Source: the human T2T-CHM13v2.0 reference genome, Homo sapiens | NCBI RefSeq assembly: GCF_009914755.1 | Contig: NC_060944.1 | Direction: 5' to 3' (one strand) | Length of the DNA: 64,000 nt | Shown: positions 28,757 through 43,940 of the stretch, in pieces | Numbering within the stretch: position 1 is the first letter of the stretch | How the letters are laid out: every line of letters starts with the position of its first letter | Position numbers and translations under genes: made by a program | Notes under the pieces: model-generated | What the model saw: the letters and a program-made list of their open reading frames with translations, nothing else | What the model was told of the DNA's origin: nothing | The model's database searches: none

Positions 28757-28970
28757 TTCCTTCCTTCCTTCCTTCCTTCCTTCCTTCCTTCCTTCCTTCC
28801 TTCCTCCCCTTCCCTTCCCTTCCCCTTCCTTCCTTCCTTTCTTCCTTCCTTCCCTTCCCCTTCCTTCCTTTCTTCCTTCCTTCCTTCTTTCCTTCCATCC
28901 TTCCTTCCTTCCCTCCTTCCTTCCCTCCCTCCCTCCCTCTTTCCCTCCCTCCCTCCCTCTATCCCTCCTT
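28757..28970. repeat. (TTCC)n/(CCCT)n polypyrimidine tract
   Basis: About 210 bp of nearly pure pyrimidine at the tail of an antisense L2. Confidence 0.95.
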
Positions 28971-29360
28971 CATACAGCCATCCAAGGAGCATGCACTGCC
29001 TGCTGTATGCAAGGCTTTGTGGTAGGTGCCAGGCAGGAACAGGTAATTAAGACATGGTCCTTTTCCTTGAGAAGCATGATCTTATTAGAGAGACAGAAAT
29101 AAACAATTTCAAATGTGTGTGGTAAGCATTATGTTGAAGTAGCACAGGGGAGTGTGGGACCACCAGGCTAGGCTGGGGACAGTCAGAAAAGGCTTCTCAG
29201 AGGAAGGGACACTTGCCTGTGCTTGAAGGTGAGTAGAACTTGGCCAAGTGAAGAAGGTAGGGAAAAGCATTCCAGGTAGAAGGAACAACATATGCAAAGG
29301 CATAGAAGGTGCTGAGAGTGTCAAGATGTGAGGCTGAAGAAGGGAGCCAGGGGCATTTGG
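28970..29360 (-). mobile_element. L2 3' fragment
   Basis: GGCTTCTCAGAGGAAG...AAAAGCATTCCAGGTAGAAGGAACA...TGCAAAGG. Confidence 0.7.
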
Positions 29361-30012
29361 AAAGCTGTTTATTATCTCTGACTTCAGTTTTCTCGTATAC
29401 AAAATGTGATGAGCAATGCTTACTTGTTTATGAAATTAAATGAGGTAATGATGTATGTTTAAGCACCTGGTGTAGTTAGCTTCAATTCCCTTTCCAAATC
29501 TGTCTACAGATGCCTAAGAGCCAGGCTTTGATTTTAAATGAGAGAAGGAATAAAAAGCACTGAAGGGCCTGGCCGCCCACTTGCACAGTGCAGGTTTCCT
29601 GCAGCTGCTCTTGTGTTGGTCGCTTTATTGCTGCTTTGGACGGAGCACTAAATGTCTGCATGCCGACCTGGATTACGTCCTTCAGGATCAGCGAAGCACA
29701 TCATTGTGTTTTCTTAATGGCTCAATGCTAACAGCAAGTCACGGCCTGTCGAGGTGTCCTGTGGGACAATTTTTCATCTGCCTATGGCCATGCTTCTGTC
29801 TGACGCTCTGTCAACACGCCCTGTCATTCGCTTCTTTGTCTTGCTTTGCCTTCCACATGCCAGCTGGGGAAACTTCGCTTTCCATGGAGTTTGGAGACAT
29901 TTACTATCCAGTGACCAAAGGTCAGGATGAGCTGAGGAGCCATGGTGGCCACCATCAATGTCTTTATGATGCGTAAATTGGATCCTGTCTCTTCTCCATA
30001 CAAAGCTACTCA

Positions 30013-30411
<399 letters not shown>

Positions 30412-30856
30412 TTACAAACCTAAATCACATCTTCTTAGGTTTCTGCTTAAAGCCTTCCAGTGCTTTGCCCTGGTGAGTAGATAACATCCAACTCCTTTGG
30501 CCCATAAGTCCTCACGTGAGCTTGCCTCTGCCTGCATTTCCAGCCTCTGTTCCAGGAACCAGGCTTCATGCTGGGGACATGGTGATGAGCAAAGTCAGAG
30601 TCAGTCCCCCTCAGTGACTCCATTCCAGTCACCTGGCCTTCTTGCTATTTCTCAGATCCCCCCACCCTGTTCTTTTGCGCTTGAGGGGCTTTGCACATGC
30701 TGTTCCCTTTGCCTGGAATGTTCTTGCCCTCATTCTTTACATGGCTGGCTCCTGCCCAGCCTCTGACCTCAGCTTCATCCTCGTCTTCCCAGAGTCTGAC
30801 CTGCTCATCTGTGCAGTTGTCTTTCTTTTTGTCTACCATAGCCTCTGAGTATTTTT

Positions 30857-31171
<315 letters not shown>

Positions 31172-32299
31172 GCTTCTGAGTATTTTTCTTCGTGGCATCA
31201 TATATCTGTGAAATTACTTGGTTGCTCCCCCTTCAGGATAATAAACTTTAAGAAGCAATAGGCTCATGCTTATTTTGTTTACCATTGCATCCCCATGGTG
31301 TCTGACCTATAGTAGGTGCTCAGTAAAAAGTTGTTGAAAGATTGAATGAATGAATGAGGCAGGTTATATTTTTCAGAGATGACCACCGTAACATAGCCCA
31401 GGCTGTGTTTCTAAGAATAATCCACTCACCCTCTCTGGGCCTCACTTACCCTGTTTATATGTTGTTGCCAGGAGGATTAAACACATATATGTGAGGGACA
31501 CAGTGTTTGGGGCCTGCAAGTGTTAATCCATGTGAATTCTATAATTCTCCTTGTAGAAACATGCCAGGCCCATCTCTAGCTGAGTCCAAGGAGGAAAGTT
31601 GAGATATGACTCAAGAGGGATGATGTTTGAAATCCTTGTCCTCATGGCTTTTAATCAATGCTTGACCCTTTGGGGCAAGGCTGGCAGATGCAGCCCCTGT
31701 TTTGTCCCCTTCCCATCTCCCTGGGAATGATGACCTTGCCTTTGTCAGGAGGGAGGCGTCACTCCCAGTTGCTTGGGCTGGGGTATCTGGGGCACAGTTG
31801 GCCTGGCCTTCGGAGATAATAAAATCTCTCTCCAGCCCATGGGAATGTTTCTGTTGAGCAAGCAGGACTTTTTGGTGGCTTCTCTCCTGAAGTTATCACT
31901 CTTCTTTTTTAAAAAAATTAAACTGTAAATTATGAACACTATGTTACCTGCCAAAAAGTTTAGGAAATGAGGGAAATCACCTGCTATGATCCCACGGTGC
32001 AGATTCAAGGGCAGTGTTTGACACTTTGCCTTCTTAATACTCAAGGCTTGCAAACTGCACTGCCCTACCATGGTTTTCTGGAAGCCCCTTACCCATCGCT
32101 TTCTTTCTACCTATTCCTGATGTTTATTGTTTATGTCCTTCTCTCCTCCCTCCTCTATCCCCTTCACTAGAATGTCGGCTTTGGAAGTGTGGGGAATCTC
32201 TGTCGTTTGCTCATGGGTGGAGCCTTCAGAGCGACTCTGACTGCCAGGCCTCTGGTTTTAGTGTTTCCCACCCACCAGGCAAACTCCTACACATACATC

Positions 32300-32614
<315 letters not shown>

Positions 32615-32939
32615 TAAATTTCTGCTCAAGCGCCACCCCCTCCTGGAGGCTTTCACTGCTATCCTCCCCTGTGCTCCTGCCCTTCCCATCTGGCATCTCT
32701 GACACTGTGGGCTCCCTGGGGCTGGGCTGCCCAATGTCCATAGGAGACATGGGCTTCAGAGGCCATGTCTGGGTGCTTGGACGTTGACTTAAGAGCAGTG
32801 GGAGTCCTGGAGGTGTGCTGCGTTTTAGAAGAATCTTTGCAGTTGTTCTGTGGGGGAAAATACTGGACGGGGCAAGAGTGGAGGCAGGAGAATAGTTGGG
32901 AGGTGGTGCCTGTGGCTCAGGGGAGAATTGATGATGGCT

Positions 32940-33143
32940 TGTGGCCATGCTATCCAGTAAGGTAGCCAGTAGCCGTGTGTGGCTCTTTTCATTGAAAATA
33001 CAGGAAAATAAAACAAAATTTAGTTCATTCACACTAGCCATATTTCGAGTACTCGCTAGCCACATGTGGGTATTTTAGCCCCTATTGGGCAGCGCAGATA
33101 CAGACATTTCCATCCCTGCAGAAAGTTCTGTTGGTCCACTCTG
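32940..33143. mobile_element. MER3-like hAT MITE
   Basis: TAGCCACATGTGG...ACATTTCCATCCCTGCAGAAAGTTCTGTTGG. Confidence 0.7.
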
Positions 33144-34539
33144 GCTTGGACTGTGGTGGTGGAGTGGAAATGAAGAGAAGTAAGGGCGTGGGAGGTAACA
33201 GGAGGGAAGATGTATGCAGTTTGGGGATGAGTTGGATCTGGGGTATGGTGGAGAGTGGGGTATCAAAGAAGACTCAGGAAGTAAAATTTCTGGGTCAAAA
33301 AAGAGTGAGCATTTTTATGGCTCCTGATTTCTGCTGACCTGTCATTTTCCAAAAGGGTCATCACCACTCACCAGAAGCATGAGAAAGTGCCCATTTTATC
33401 CTGCCCTCCTGGCACAGCTTATTACCTTCGGAACACCCTTCCATTGTGTATATCTCTTGCCAAATCTGCCTTCATTTAGGGTCTAGCATGTGGACCCTGA
33501 GGTCTTTGTGATCTCAGGGACTTATATGTATATTAATGCAGATTTCAATAAAAAGAGTTATGTTTGCCATTGTGGTACGGTCTGATGCTGTTTAAATGCC
33601 TTCGGTAATATCTTCAATCAGACAGCAAATAGAAAACAGGGAAGTTAGTAATAAAAAATGAATTAGGACGATTAGCAAAAGGTGAACCGCTTCCCTCCTC
33701 AGGCGACAGGCAGAGTTGACGGAGCTTTGCAGGGTGCCTCCTGTCCAAACACACGTCTGGATTATTGCAGCCTTTGGGGCTGGCCCTGGGGTCTTCTCTG
33801 CACATAGGACTTGGTTATTGCATTTAGTTTTGCAAAGGTCATGGACATCCCCTCGGAGGGGCTTTGAGGGGCTCACACCAGGATTGGGGGCCCGCACCCT
33901 GGGTTGGGTGAAGGCAAGGGGTTGGAGAGGGGTTGCTGCCCCCCCCCGCCATTTCTGACTGAGGGCAGGTCAGCGGCTTCTTCCTCTAAGCAGAGACATC
34001 AGTGGGCCTTGCTTCCCTCCGTGCATCCTCCAGGGGCCTGGACAAATCTCATCTGCCCCTCTTTCTAACACCTTCCCCGGGGTTGCTTTTGGGGAACATT
34101 TCCTGGCTGTCTGGTGGCAGGGGCAAAGTCCCTTCAAGAAGGAAGTAGAGGCAAAGGCTATAATTGACTAACGCAGACCCTGGGGCACCAAAGAGAAACA
34201 GAATTCTAGTGACCAAGTAAGTTCACTAGAGTTTAGAGCTCAACAGAAGGGTGAGAAGCTTCTACCTGGGTAAAGTTGGGCATCACACTCACCTGGAGCA
34301 AAGGGGACCACGTTGACCCCCACAGGTGGTGAATGTCTCCGTTACCTAGCTCATTTCTGTAGCTGCAATACCATCAGGATTTCAACATGTGAACTTTGGG
34401 GGGACCACAGCATTCAGACCATAGCAGATAACATGCACATTAGCAATACGATTGCCATGACAGAGTGGTTGGTGTGGTTAATACCCAGGTTAGTTGGCTG
34501 ATCCCCACAGAGGGCTGGTGACTGCCTACCTCAGGCCAG

Positions 34540-34692
34540 CGCAGCTGAAACTGAAGAGCACCTGAATCACATGAGGGTCTTGTGAGAACGCAGATTCTGA
34601 TTCAGTAGGTCTGGGGCGGGTCCAGAGATCTGGCATTTCTAACAAGGGCTAGATGTTGCTGCTCAGGGGGCCATGCTTTGAGAATCAAGGCG
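34540..34692. mobile_element. MER5A-like fragment
   Basis: GATTCTGATTCAGTAGGTCTGGGGCGGG...GCATTTCTAACAAG. Confidence 0.65.
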
Positions 34693-35298
34693 CTTGTGTT
34701 AGGCTGAGATTCTAGAAGCAGAGCCTGAGACGAGGGTTCTTGTGCGAGAGGTTTGGTGGGGAGTGATTGCAGGAGAAAGGGGGAAGGCCCTGGAGCAGGG
34801 ATGTTACGAGAAAGCGGGTCCCACCTGGAGGCTGGGGTGTTGCCTCTGCAGCCCACATGTCAGTTAGTCATTGGCCATGGGCTGCCCAGGACAGGGAGAG
34901 GTATCATGCCTCCTGTGCCACCTCCCAGCAGGTATTTCTCCAGAGGGAGCAGCTGTGGGCAGCTGTGGGCATCAGCACTCAGCCCCCGGGGTGTGGGTGC
35001 ACAGCCTGAAAGAGGGGTTCTGGGTGGAACTCGTGGTCATCCAGTCACAGTATCTTTGCCTGAGGATGGCCTTGAGGAGGGTGGACTGGGAGGCAGGACT
35101 CGGGCTCCGATGTGGACTCTGCTGTGTCCCCTGGGGTGGCCGCCTCTCCTTTCTGGGAGCTGCGTGTGCTGCAGGTTCACAAGGTGATGGTTTGGTTGGT
35201 CCTTTGTTCTGGTCCTCAGGCTGTGATGGAAGGTGAGGGTGGGGATGGGGGGAGGGTCTGCACAGGAAGAGGCAGCTCTTATTTCAGAGCCCAAGGTA

Positions 35299-35301
<3 letters not shown>

Positions 35302-35332
<31 letters not shown>
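35302..35332. repeat. (GA)n microsatellite
   Basis: Read directly. Confidence 0.9.
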
Positions 35333-35338
<6 letters not shown>

Positions 35339-35950
35339 CTCAGTCAGAAATGGCAGAAATTACCACTGAGGCCTGCAGTGTTCAGGGAGGACTTCCTGGC
35401 AGAGGGAAACTTTAGGTGGGACCTCCAAGAAGCATAGGAGGAGAACATAGAGGAATGGGGAAAGGCAGAGGCATTTATTTAGCATCCATCACAGGATGGG
35501 TATTTCACTTACGTTATTTATTTAATCTTCACAACAATCCTATGTAGAAAGCCACCTCCACCGTGCAGGTGAGGAGCTGAGGCTTGAGAGGTGAGGGCAC
35601 TGGGCCGGGGTCACAGTGGGATTGGAACCCAAGCCTGCTTGCCAGGAACATACTTTCTCTTCCTAAGGGACCATACCACATAGGGAGGGGGTGTGTGGAA
35701 AGGGGAGGGGAGCTGGAGGCCTTGGGAATTACTGCAGACCTGACTGGATGGGCAGAGGCTCGTGTAGAGGGGGCTGGGAGGACACTGACTACCAGGCTCT
35801 GGGGTTTGGATTCTGTATGGGGAGCCATGGAGGGCTTTGGGGCAGGCGTGATGGTGCAGTGTCATGCCCTCTGTCCTGGGACCCTCTTCCCATCCCAACT
35901 CTGAGCCAGCTTCTCCACATTGTCCACCCTCCCTGGATTCAGACTTCATC

Positions 35951-35996
<46 letters not shown>

Positions 35997-36006
35997 GGGG
36001 TGTGTG
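35951..36006. repeat. (TG)n microsatellite, imperfect
   Basis: Read directly. Confidence 0.9.
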
Positions 36007-36718
36007 TTGGGGTGGGTGGAGTCCATCCTGGACCCTTTCTGTAGACCATTTTTTGGACATTTGGGCTACTCCAGACAGGGGTCATCTATTTTTGCTGTAA
36101 GTGTTTTGTGGGGCAGAGGCCAGGCTAAGCTGCCGACAGCATCCCTGGAATCATGCTCTGTCCAGGAATCTTAGTGACAGCTGGGTGTCTGGCCACTGTG
36201 GTGAGCCTTCCTTCTCTACCCTTCCCATGCAGCCAGCCCCATTCTGTGCACTGGTGCCTTGGGGGTGAATGGAGGAAGGAGCACAAATCATTATCCCAGA
36301 TGAAGACAGATTGGGCTTGGGGTGCGTCAGGACCTTGTGGGGAGGATTCGGTTCTGAATTATTTTCAGTCTTCTTTGCTCTGTCCCCACCTCTGTGGCCT
36401 GAGTTTTCTCTCCCAGTCAAAGCTGGGAACATCCAACTCTTTCTCCGCCATCTTCCCTGTAAGCCTCTCCTGCGTAGGATGTTATATAAGCTATAGTCAC
36501 AGCTTGGAACCTGGCACGATATGCTGATATCAAACATGGAAACTGTTAGTGCTAAGCTGCTATGTGGGGATAAGATGGTCGAATGAAAGGTACCAGTGGA
36601 GTTGGGGCGGGGACGAGGAGGAACTACTGTTCAGTGAATACCTACTATGTGCCAAGCACTGTGCTAGGTGTCTTTTGTGTACTATCTTATTTAACCCCTA
36701 CAACAGCCCTGCAAATTA

Positions 36719-37208
<490 letters not shown>

Positions 37209-37526
37209 TTAGCTTCCTTTTGGAGACCCTTTCATGTGTTCCTCATTGAGACTCAGACCATCAACCTGAGAAGCCTTGGCATGGCGTCTTGTCATTCCCA
37301 CTGGTAGAGACAGGCAGACCTACCCACAGAGGTGAGTGCCCACCTTGTCCCAGCTCAAGGCAATGTCATAGGCCAGCAGGCTCAAACTCAGGGTCTGAAC
37401 TTTCCTGATCCCAGCTGCTTCCCAGCCCCCAAGAGGCTTTGTTGTTTTCAACTTGATGTTGAGTAGACCAGACACATGTTCTTTGGCTGTGAGTATTATC
37501 AGCGCAAATGCTCTTATATTAGCTCC

Positions 37527-38077
37527 TGTATTGGTTGTGTATTGCTTCACAGTAAGCCACCAGAATTAATGGCTTAAAACAATAACCATTTCATTAAGCT
37601 CATGATTCCATGGGTTGGCTGCAAGGCTTCCTGGCTAGGCTGGTTGTCTCTACAGGCTCTCCCTCCCTGCATCATGGTCAGTTGGCCAGTGGCCTGGGAG
37701 CTGGGTGATCTAGGACAGCCTCCCTCGTGCAGCTGGCAGTTTGCATGCTGCTGGCTGGGGGCTGGCTGGTTGTTGGCTCAGCTCCCCACATGACCTCCTG
37801 TCCTCCAGCAGGCTAGCTCGGGCATGTGCACCTGGGGCTCCCAGGCTCCCTGGTGCATCAAGAGAGAGCAAACCCCAGTGTCCTGGTGCTTTTCAAGCCT
37901 CTGCTTGTGTCACCTTTGTTGTTGTCCCATTTGTCAAATACAAGCATATGGCCAAGCCCATATTCAAAGCATAAAGAGAGAGATGATGAGAGGAGTGGCA
38001 GCCTCACGGTGCCAAGGGCATGCATGCAGGACAGGAGGCTATGATTAGGATTAGTGGTCATCTTTGTAATCTACACA
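37527..38077 (-). mobile_element. MLT1 (MaLR) LTR
   Basis: TGTATT...ATGGCTTAAAACAATAACCATTT...CATCTTTGTAATCTACACA termini. Confidence 0.7.
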
Positions 38078-41000
38078 GCTGCCCCCACTCTTCAGACAGC
38101 AGACATTCATCGAGTCCCTGCTGTGTGCCAGGCACTGTGGCAGGGAACAAGACAGGCCTTGTGCTGTGGGCATGTGGCCTCTAGTCTAGCCAGTGAATAA
38201 TCACATGATGAAACATAACTAAAGCAGAACAGGTGTGATGAAGGAGAGCCACACAGGGCCGGGAGACCAGGCAACAGAGAGCTCTGGGGGGACTGTGGGA
38301 AGACTAGGAGTTGCTAGATGATGGGCACGGGGGAAGCATTCCAGGCAGGGAAGAGCACGCGCGAAGGTCCTGTGGAAGGAGGGGCCTGGCACACTTGACC
38401 ACTCCAAGAAAGTGCCAGTTTCTTTTAAGTGTCGGCAACCTTGGGCTGGGAAAGGAACTTCTGGTTCGCAAAGGTCCCCTGAGCATTTCCGTGCGATGCA
38501 GTCTCAGGAGGGAGGTGGCTGATAACCTTCCCACGGGCAGCTCCTGGGTTTTGTGGGCTGGGAGAGGAGACCCAGGAGGGATTTGAGCATTGGGAAGGGT
38601 GTTGTGGGCACAGAGTTCAGTTTGAGGAAGGGGGAGGAGGAAGCAAGGAAGGGGTCAGTTGCAGAGGATTTGGGAGGGACTGGTGTGTGAGGGAAGTGAG
38701 GGGTTTTGGACTCAGTCCTGCTGGCTGGTGGTCTTTGAACCATGGACTGAGAATGAGGTGATCAGATGCTGGGGAGGCCCGTAGGGAGGGTGCACAGAGG
38801 AATGACTTGGGGACCCTCCCCAGCCACACCCCAGGTCTCCAACCCTAAGCCAGCCTCTACGTCCATGTGCAGGGCTGGGAGGGCCATCCTGGGGGCGACC
38901 GCAGCATCGAGTCCCCATGCGGATCTGCCTGCCCAGTCCCATAAGCAGCCTTTGATGTCCCTGGAGCCTTCAACAGCTTCTCTGAAGGCAGATCAGGGGC
39001 TGTGGTTTTGGAAAAGGCCTAGCATCACTGGGTGCCAGAATCATGATCATAAATGAACCAGCACAGATTGGAAAAATGGGAGGAGTCTGGAGTGTGGGTT
39101 CCAGCTTCTTGCCAATGTCTCCATGAAACCGTGCAAGTAGCTGCCCAGTCCTGAGCCTCCGTTTTCTCACCTGGAAATAGGGCCAGCTCCCATCCTCCCT
39201 GGGTCAAGTGAAGAGGAAGCTTTGAGGGCTGTTAACCTCAGCACCTTCAGTCTAATGCTTGTGGACAATGCGGGCACCCCAGTGACTGCACGGTGGAGTG
39301 AAGCAAACTCTCCTCTTACCAGGACCCATGTCAGTGGAACTTTCTTCCCCAGAATAAATAGAAACCATGGCAACCGGGATATGTCATGTGGACTGGCAGC
39401 CTGTCCCAGTGATGGCCAGGAGAAGGGCCTGGCACAGATGCGGGCCCCACTCACAACTCCACCCGCTGTGGGATGACCCACCGGGACCCCTTAGTCCTCC
39501 CCTCCTGCCTGAGGTAGGACTGAGAAGTTCAGTCCTGACCTTGGGTTTCCATTCAACCTCAGATTTTATTATTACTTAATAGTAAAATGCTTGTCCCGGA
39601 AAGCACGTCTCAAATGAGATAAGTTGAAGCAATCCTGGCTCCTGCCCCATGTCCTGATGGGTGCACTAGGAGTTATCAGGATACTGCTGGATGTGGGCAC
39701 TGAAATGGCAGCAAATCTACTCTGAGAGGGAGGGCGCTGAGCCTGTGAGCGCCTTCAGTCTTCAGATGGCCAGCGAGGTGGTGGCATTAATATCCCACTT
39801 TACGGAGAGCCTCAGCTCTTTACCCGGGATTCACAGCTAGTATTTGACAGAGCTGGCATTCGAACCTGCATCTTCATGCCCCAGGACTTATTTCCACACT
39901 GGCTTTAGCTGAACTGGAGGCCCAGCCACCACATGGCAGGCAAAGAGCATTTGTCGCTCCCTGCATTGAGGGGGTGACTGGTCTGTGACGCCTGCCCCCA
40001 GCACAATGGGTCCAGGGGTGGTAGAGGGGCATCTGAGGCAGCTTTGAAGGCCAGGGGGTTTTTCCAGCCCTTGTGTTTCTGCCTTATGGCCTCCTTGTGC
40101 AGCTCTGGCAGGAGTGGACAGGTGCCCTCGCTTCTAGAAGCATGGTCTTGCCTTAGCTGGAAGTTGAGGGTGGAGCTTCCTGGAGTCGCTGGCTTCACCT
40201 GCCTCTGCAGCCATCCAGACAGGATGCCAAAGCCCCAGCTTGGGTAACCCCCTTGTCTCTTGGAGCCCCAGTGTCCTTATCTGTAAAACGAGGAGATCAG
40301 TGACTCAGGGACAGCATAGCATAGTGGTGCTGTGCATGCACGTTAGGTCCTAGGACCTTAGTTCCAATTCTGTCTGTGACAATTACTAGCTGTGCACATC
40401 TAGTAAGTTACTTAACCTCTCTATGCCTCAGTTTCCTCCTCTGTGAAATGGGGATAATAATTGCATCTACTTAATTTGTGGTAAGGTTTGCATAGGGATT
40501 TCATCATATTGGGACTGGAGGAGTTGAGTAAGAAGAAAGGGCAAAACCTTGGTCTAGCTTCCGCCAATTTCTGGGCAAAAGCTGAAGTTAGCACAAAGTC
40601 AGCCCAAGCATGCTCCACTGCACTCAAAGTACAGTTCTGCTGCCAGAACCCAGCCAGGGGGAGGGGATGGGAACTGTATAAGAGTAGGACGGATGCCAAG
40701 ACTAGTGAGGCATTTTAACAACATGAGGCTGGAATGTGGCATTGTGTAAGTCCCACAAATGAATATGTGCGGTGAGGTTGGAAGATAAGCGAGGGTTCAT
40801 TTGGTGAGACCATTCGTATAGTCAGACATGAGTTTAAACTGACCCTGCAGCTTAGAAGCTGTGTGGCCTCAAGAGCTTACTTAACTCCTCTGAGCCTGTT
40901 GGCACACCCAAAAAGAAAAACAACTCATTTCATTTTGCTAGATTGTCTAAGGATTAAAGAGATGACAGAAAGTACCAGTGCCTGGCACAGAGTAGATGCT

Positions 41001-41385
41001 TACTAAGCACCCCAAGAGTGTCTTATGGGGTGCTTATGTGATTCAGTCGGTGCTGCTGCTGAGTGACCACAGGGATATGCTCAGATATGCTGCAGAGGTT
41101 TCCTTCTGTAGTTAAAGGGCAGGGAGTCATGCCCTGTATGAGACATTTTTCCTTAGGGAAAATGAAGTCATGGGACTTGTTCATCTGGATAGTGCAGTCC
41201 AGGGGTGTATGGGGCTTGGGGTACTGCAGGCAAGTCCCTGGGACAGTGTGGCTGAGGGATGGGGCATTGGGTCTAGGAGCTTGGTGCAGAGCTCAATCAG
41301 GAACCTTGAAAGAAAACACAATGTGAAGACTTTCTACCTTGAGGACAGTGGGGCCGTGGAAGGATTTTAAATGGTGGGACGTCAC

Positions 41386-41689
41386 TTTTTTTTTTTGAAG
41401 AGTTGGTGTCCTACTCTGTCACCCAGACTGAAGTGTAGTGGCATGATTATAGTTCACTGCAGCCTTGAACTCCTGGGCTCAAGTGATCCTCCTGCATAAG
41501 GCTCCTGAGTAGCTGGGATTACAGGCATGCGCCACCATGCACAGCTAGCTTTTTTTTTTTTTGTCTGTTTTTCAGAGATAGGTCTCGATATGTTGCCCAG
41601 GCTGCTCTTGAATTCCTGATCTCAAGCAATCCTCCCATCTCGGCCTCACAAATTGCTGGGATTACAGGTGTGAGCAATCGCACCTGGCA
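41386..41689 (-). mobile_element. AluJ
   Basis: Diverged antisense dimeric Alu. Confidence 0.88.
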
Positions 41690-42489
41690 ACTTTTTTTTT
41701 TTCCCCCAGGAAAACTCTACTAATTGGCCTGGAAAATAAATGGGGGAGGGTGAGCTAAGGGGCTGCTATGGGGATCCAGGCCAGAAGGGTGAGAGGCTGA
41801 GCCAGAGTCGCAGGGATGGAGGGAGAAGAGGTGACTGCAGAGGATGAGGCAGCTATCAGGGCACCCTAGGGGTGTGGTGTGGCACTTTAGTGGTCAGTGC
41901 TTTGCAGAGACGAGGCACATGGGATTAAGCAAACACAAAATCCCAGTGGGCATGAGGATGTAGACCAGGGCACCTTAGAAGCGCAAAGCGGCTTTAGTCA
42001 CTTCCCTTGCGTGAGATTTGTTTAATAGAAGCTTGCAGCTTCGCAGCACTTAACAGGTGCTGACGGGGGCATCACAATATTGTGAAATTAAGCTGTGAAG
42101 CCGACTTCATTACCAGCTTACCTGGCGATGAAGCAGCTGCCTTAGTTAGCACTGATGGTTGGGCATGACAGAGCTAAAATTGAACTTGGCAATTACTGCT
42201 CATGAGAGGTTCTCAGTACTGTGAAAGGAAGGTTCCATGGAAATCAACCCTGGTAATCACAGGGTTTAAAATTAGTCAGTTACTATTAAGGTTGCTCTGT
42301 CAGCATATGCTTCAGGGTGATGTGAGGGAAGGGGGCGTGGAAGCTTGGGTTTGGGCTGTTGTGGGTTACCTTATGTTCACCTGCACTGCATTTAAGAAAA
42401 AAAGTTGGTTCTAGGACAAAGGTTCGAGAGTCCCAGGGTTAATATCATGGTGCAGGGTGGCCATTTGGATAATAGGTGGTTTTAAAGCC

Positions 42490-42823
<334 letters not shown>

Positions 42824-43572
42824 TAAGCTCACACCCTCTCAGCTTTGGTGTTTTCTATTGACTTAAGGAGGTTTCCTGACTCGCTTCTGGTCTCTCCTTG
42901 GGATGTTGCACAGGAAGAGCTCAGCTCTCTGTGGGTTCCTCCTTGCCCTGGAGGAAGCAATGATGTGATAGGATGGGAGGTTCCTGAGTCCTTCACAGAA
43001 TTGTTTTTGGTAAACCTTGGCTGGAACATCTCAGCAATCTCAGAAGATTTGTCCCCGTTTTGTGAATAAAGACAGCAAGGGGCTGATATGGGCTTGGTTG
43101 CTACTGTAGTGAAAATCAAAGGACAAAGCTTATAATGATTCAATTGTGAGTTTGCCTGGGCTGTGTGCACTGACCCTCATCAATAAGAAGATGGAAGTTG
43201 ACTCCTTGCTGTGAGCCTCAACTTCCTCATCTGTAAAAGGGGAACTTGTTTTGTGCAAGTGTGAGGATTAAATGAGATCATCAAAGCACAGTAGAACCTC
43301 AGCATGGTGGCTGTTGGCTATTAACAGTGATATTTATGGACCAGACCAGGCACTTTCCATCGATGACAGCTGCTTTGACAAAAACCCCACCAGGAGGGAA
43401 CTATTATTCCCATCTTAACATTAGTAAACAGAGGCTCAGAGAGGATCTAAGTTTGGCCAAGATCTAAGGGTACAGCCAGGATTCAAACCCAGGCATTCTG
43501 GCCACAGAGCCTGGCCATTGTCCCTGCCCCTCACCCTGGGAACAGCTGAACAACAAGGAAACAAGTAACATC

Positions 43573-43940
<368 letters not shown>

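Noticed and set aside
28385-29102. HTHT and LPSF/EGRK low-complexity ORFs
   Set aside because: Translations of the (AC)n and (TTCC)n repeats.
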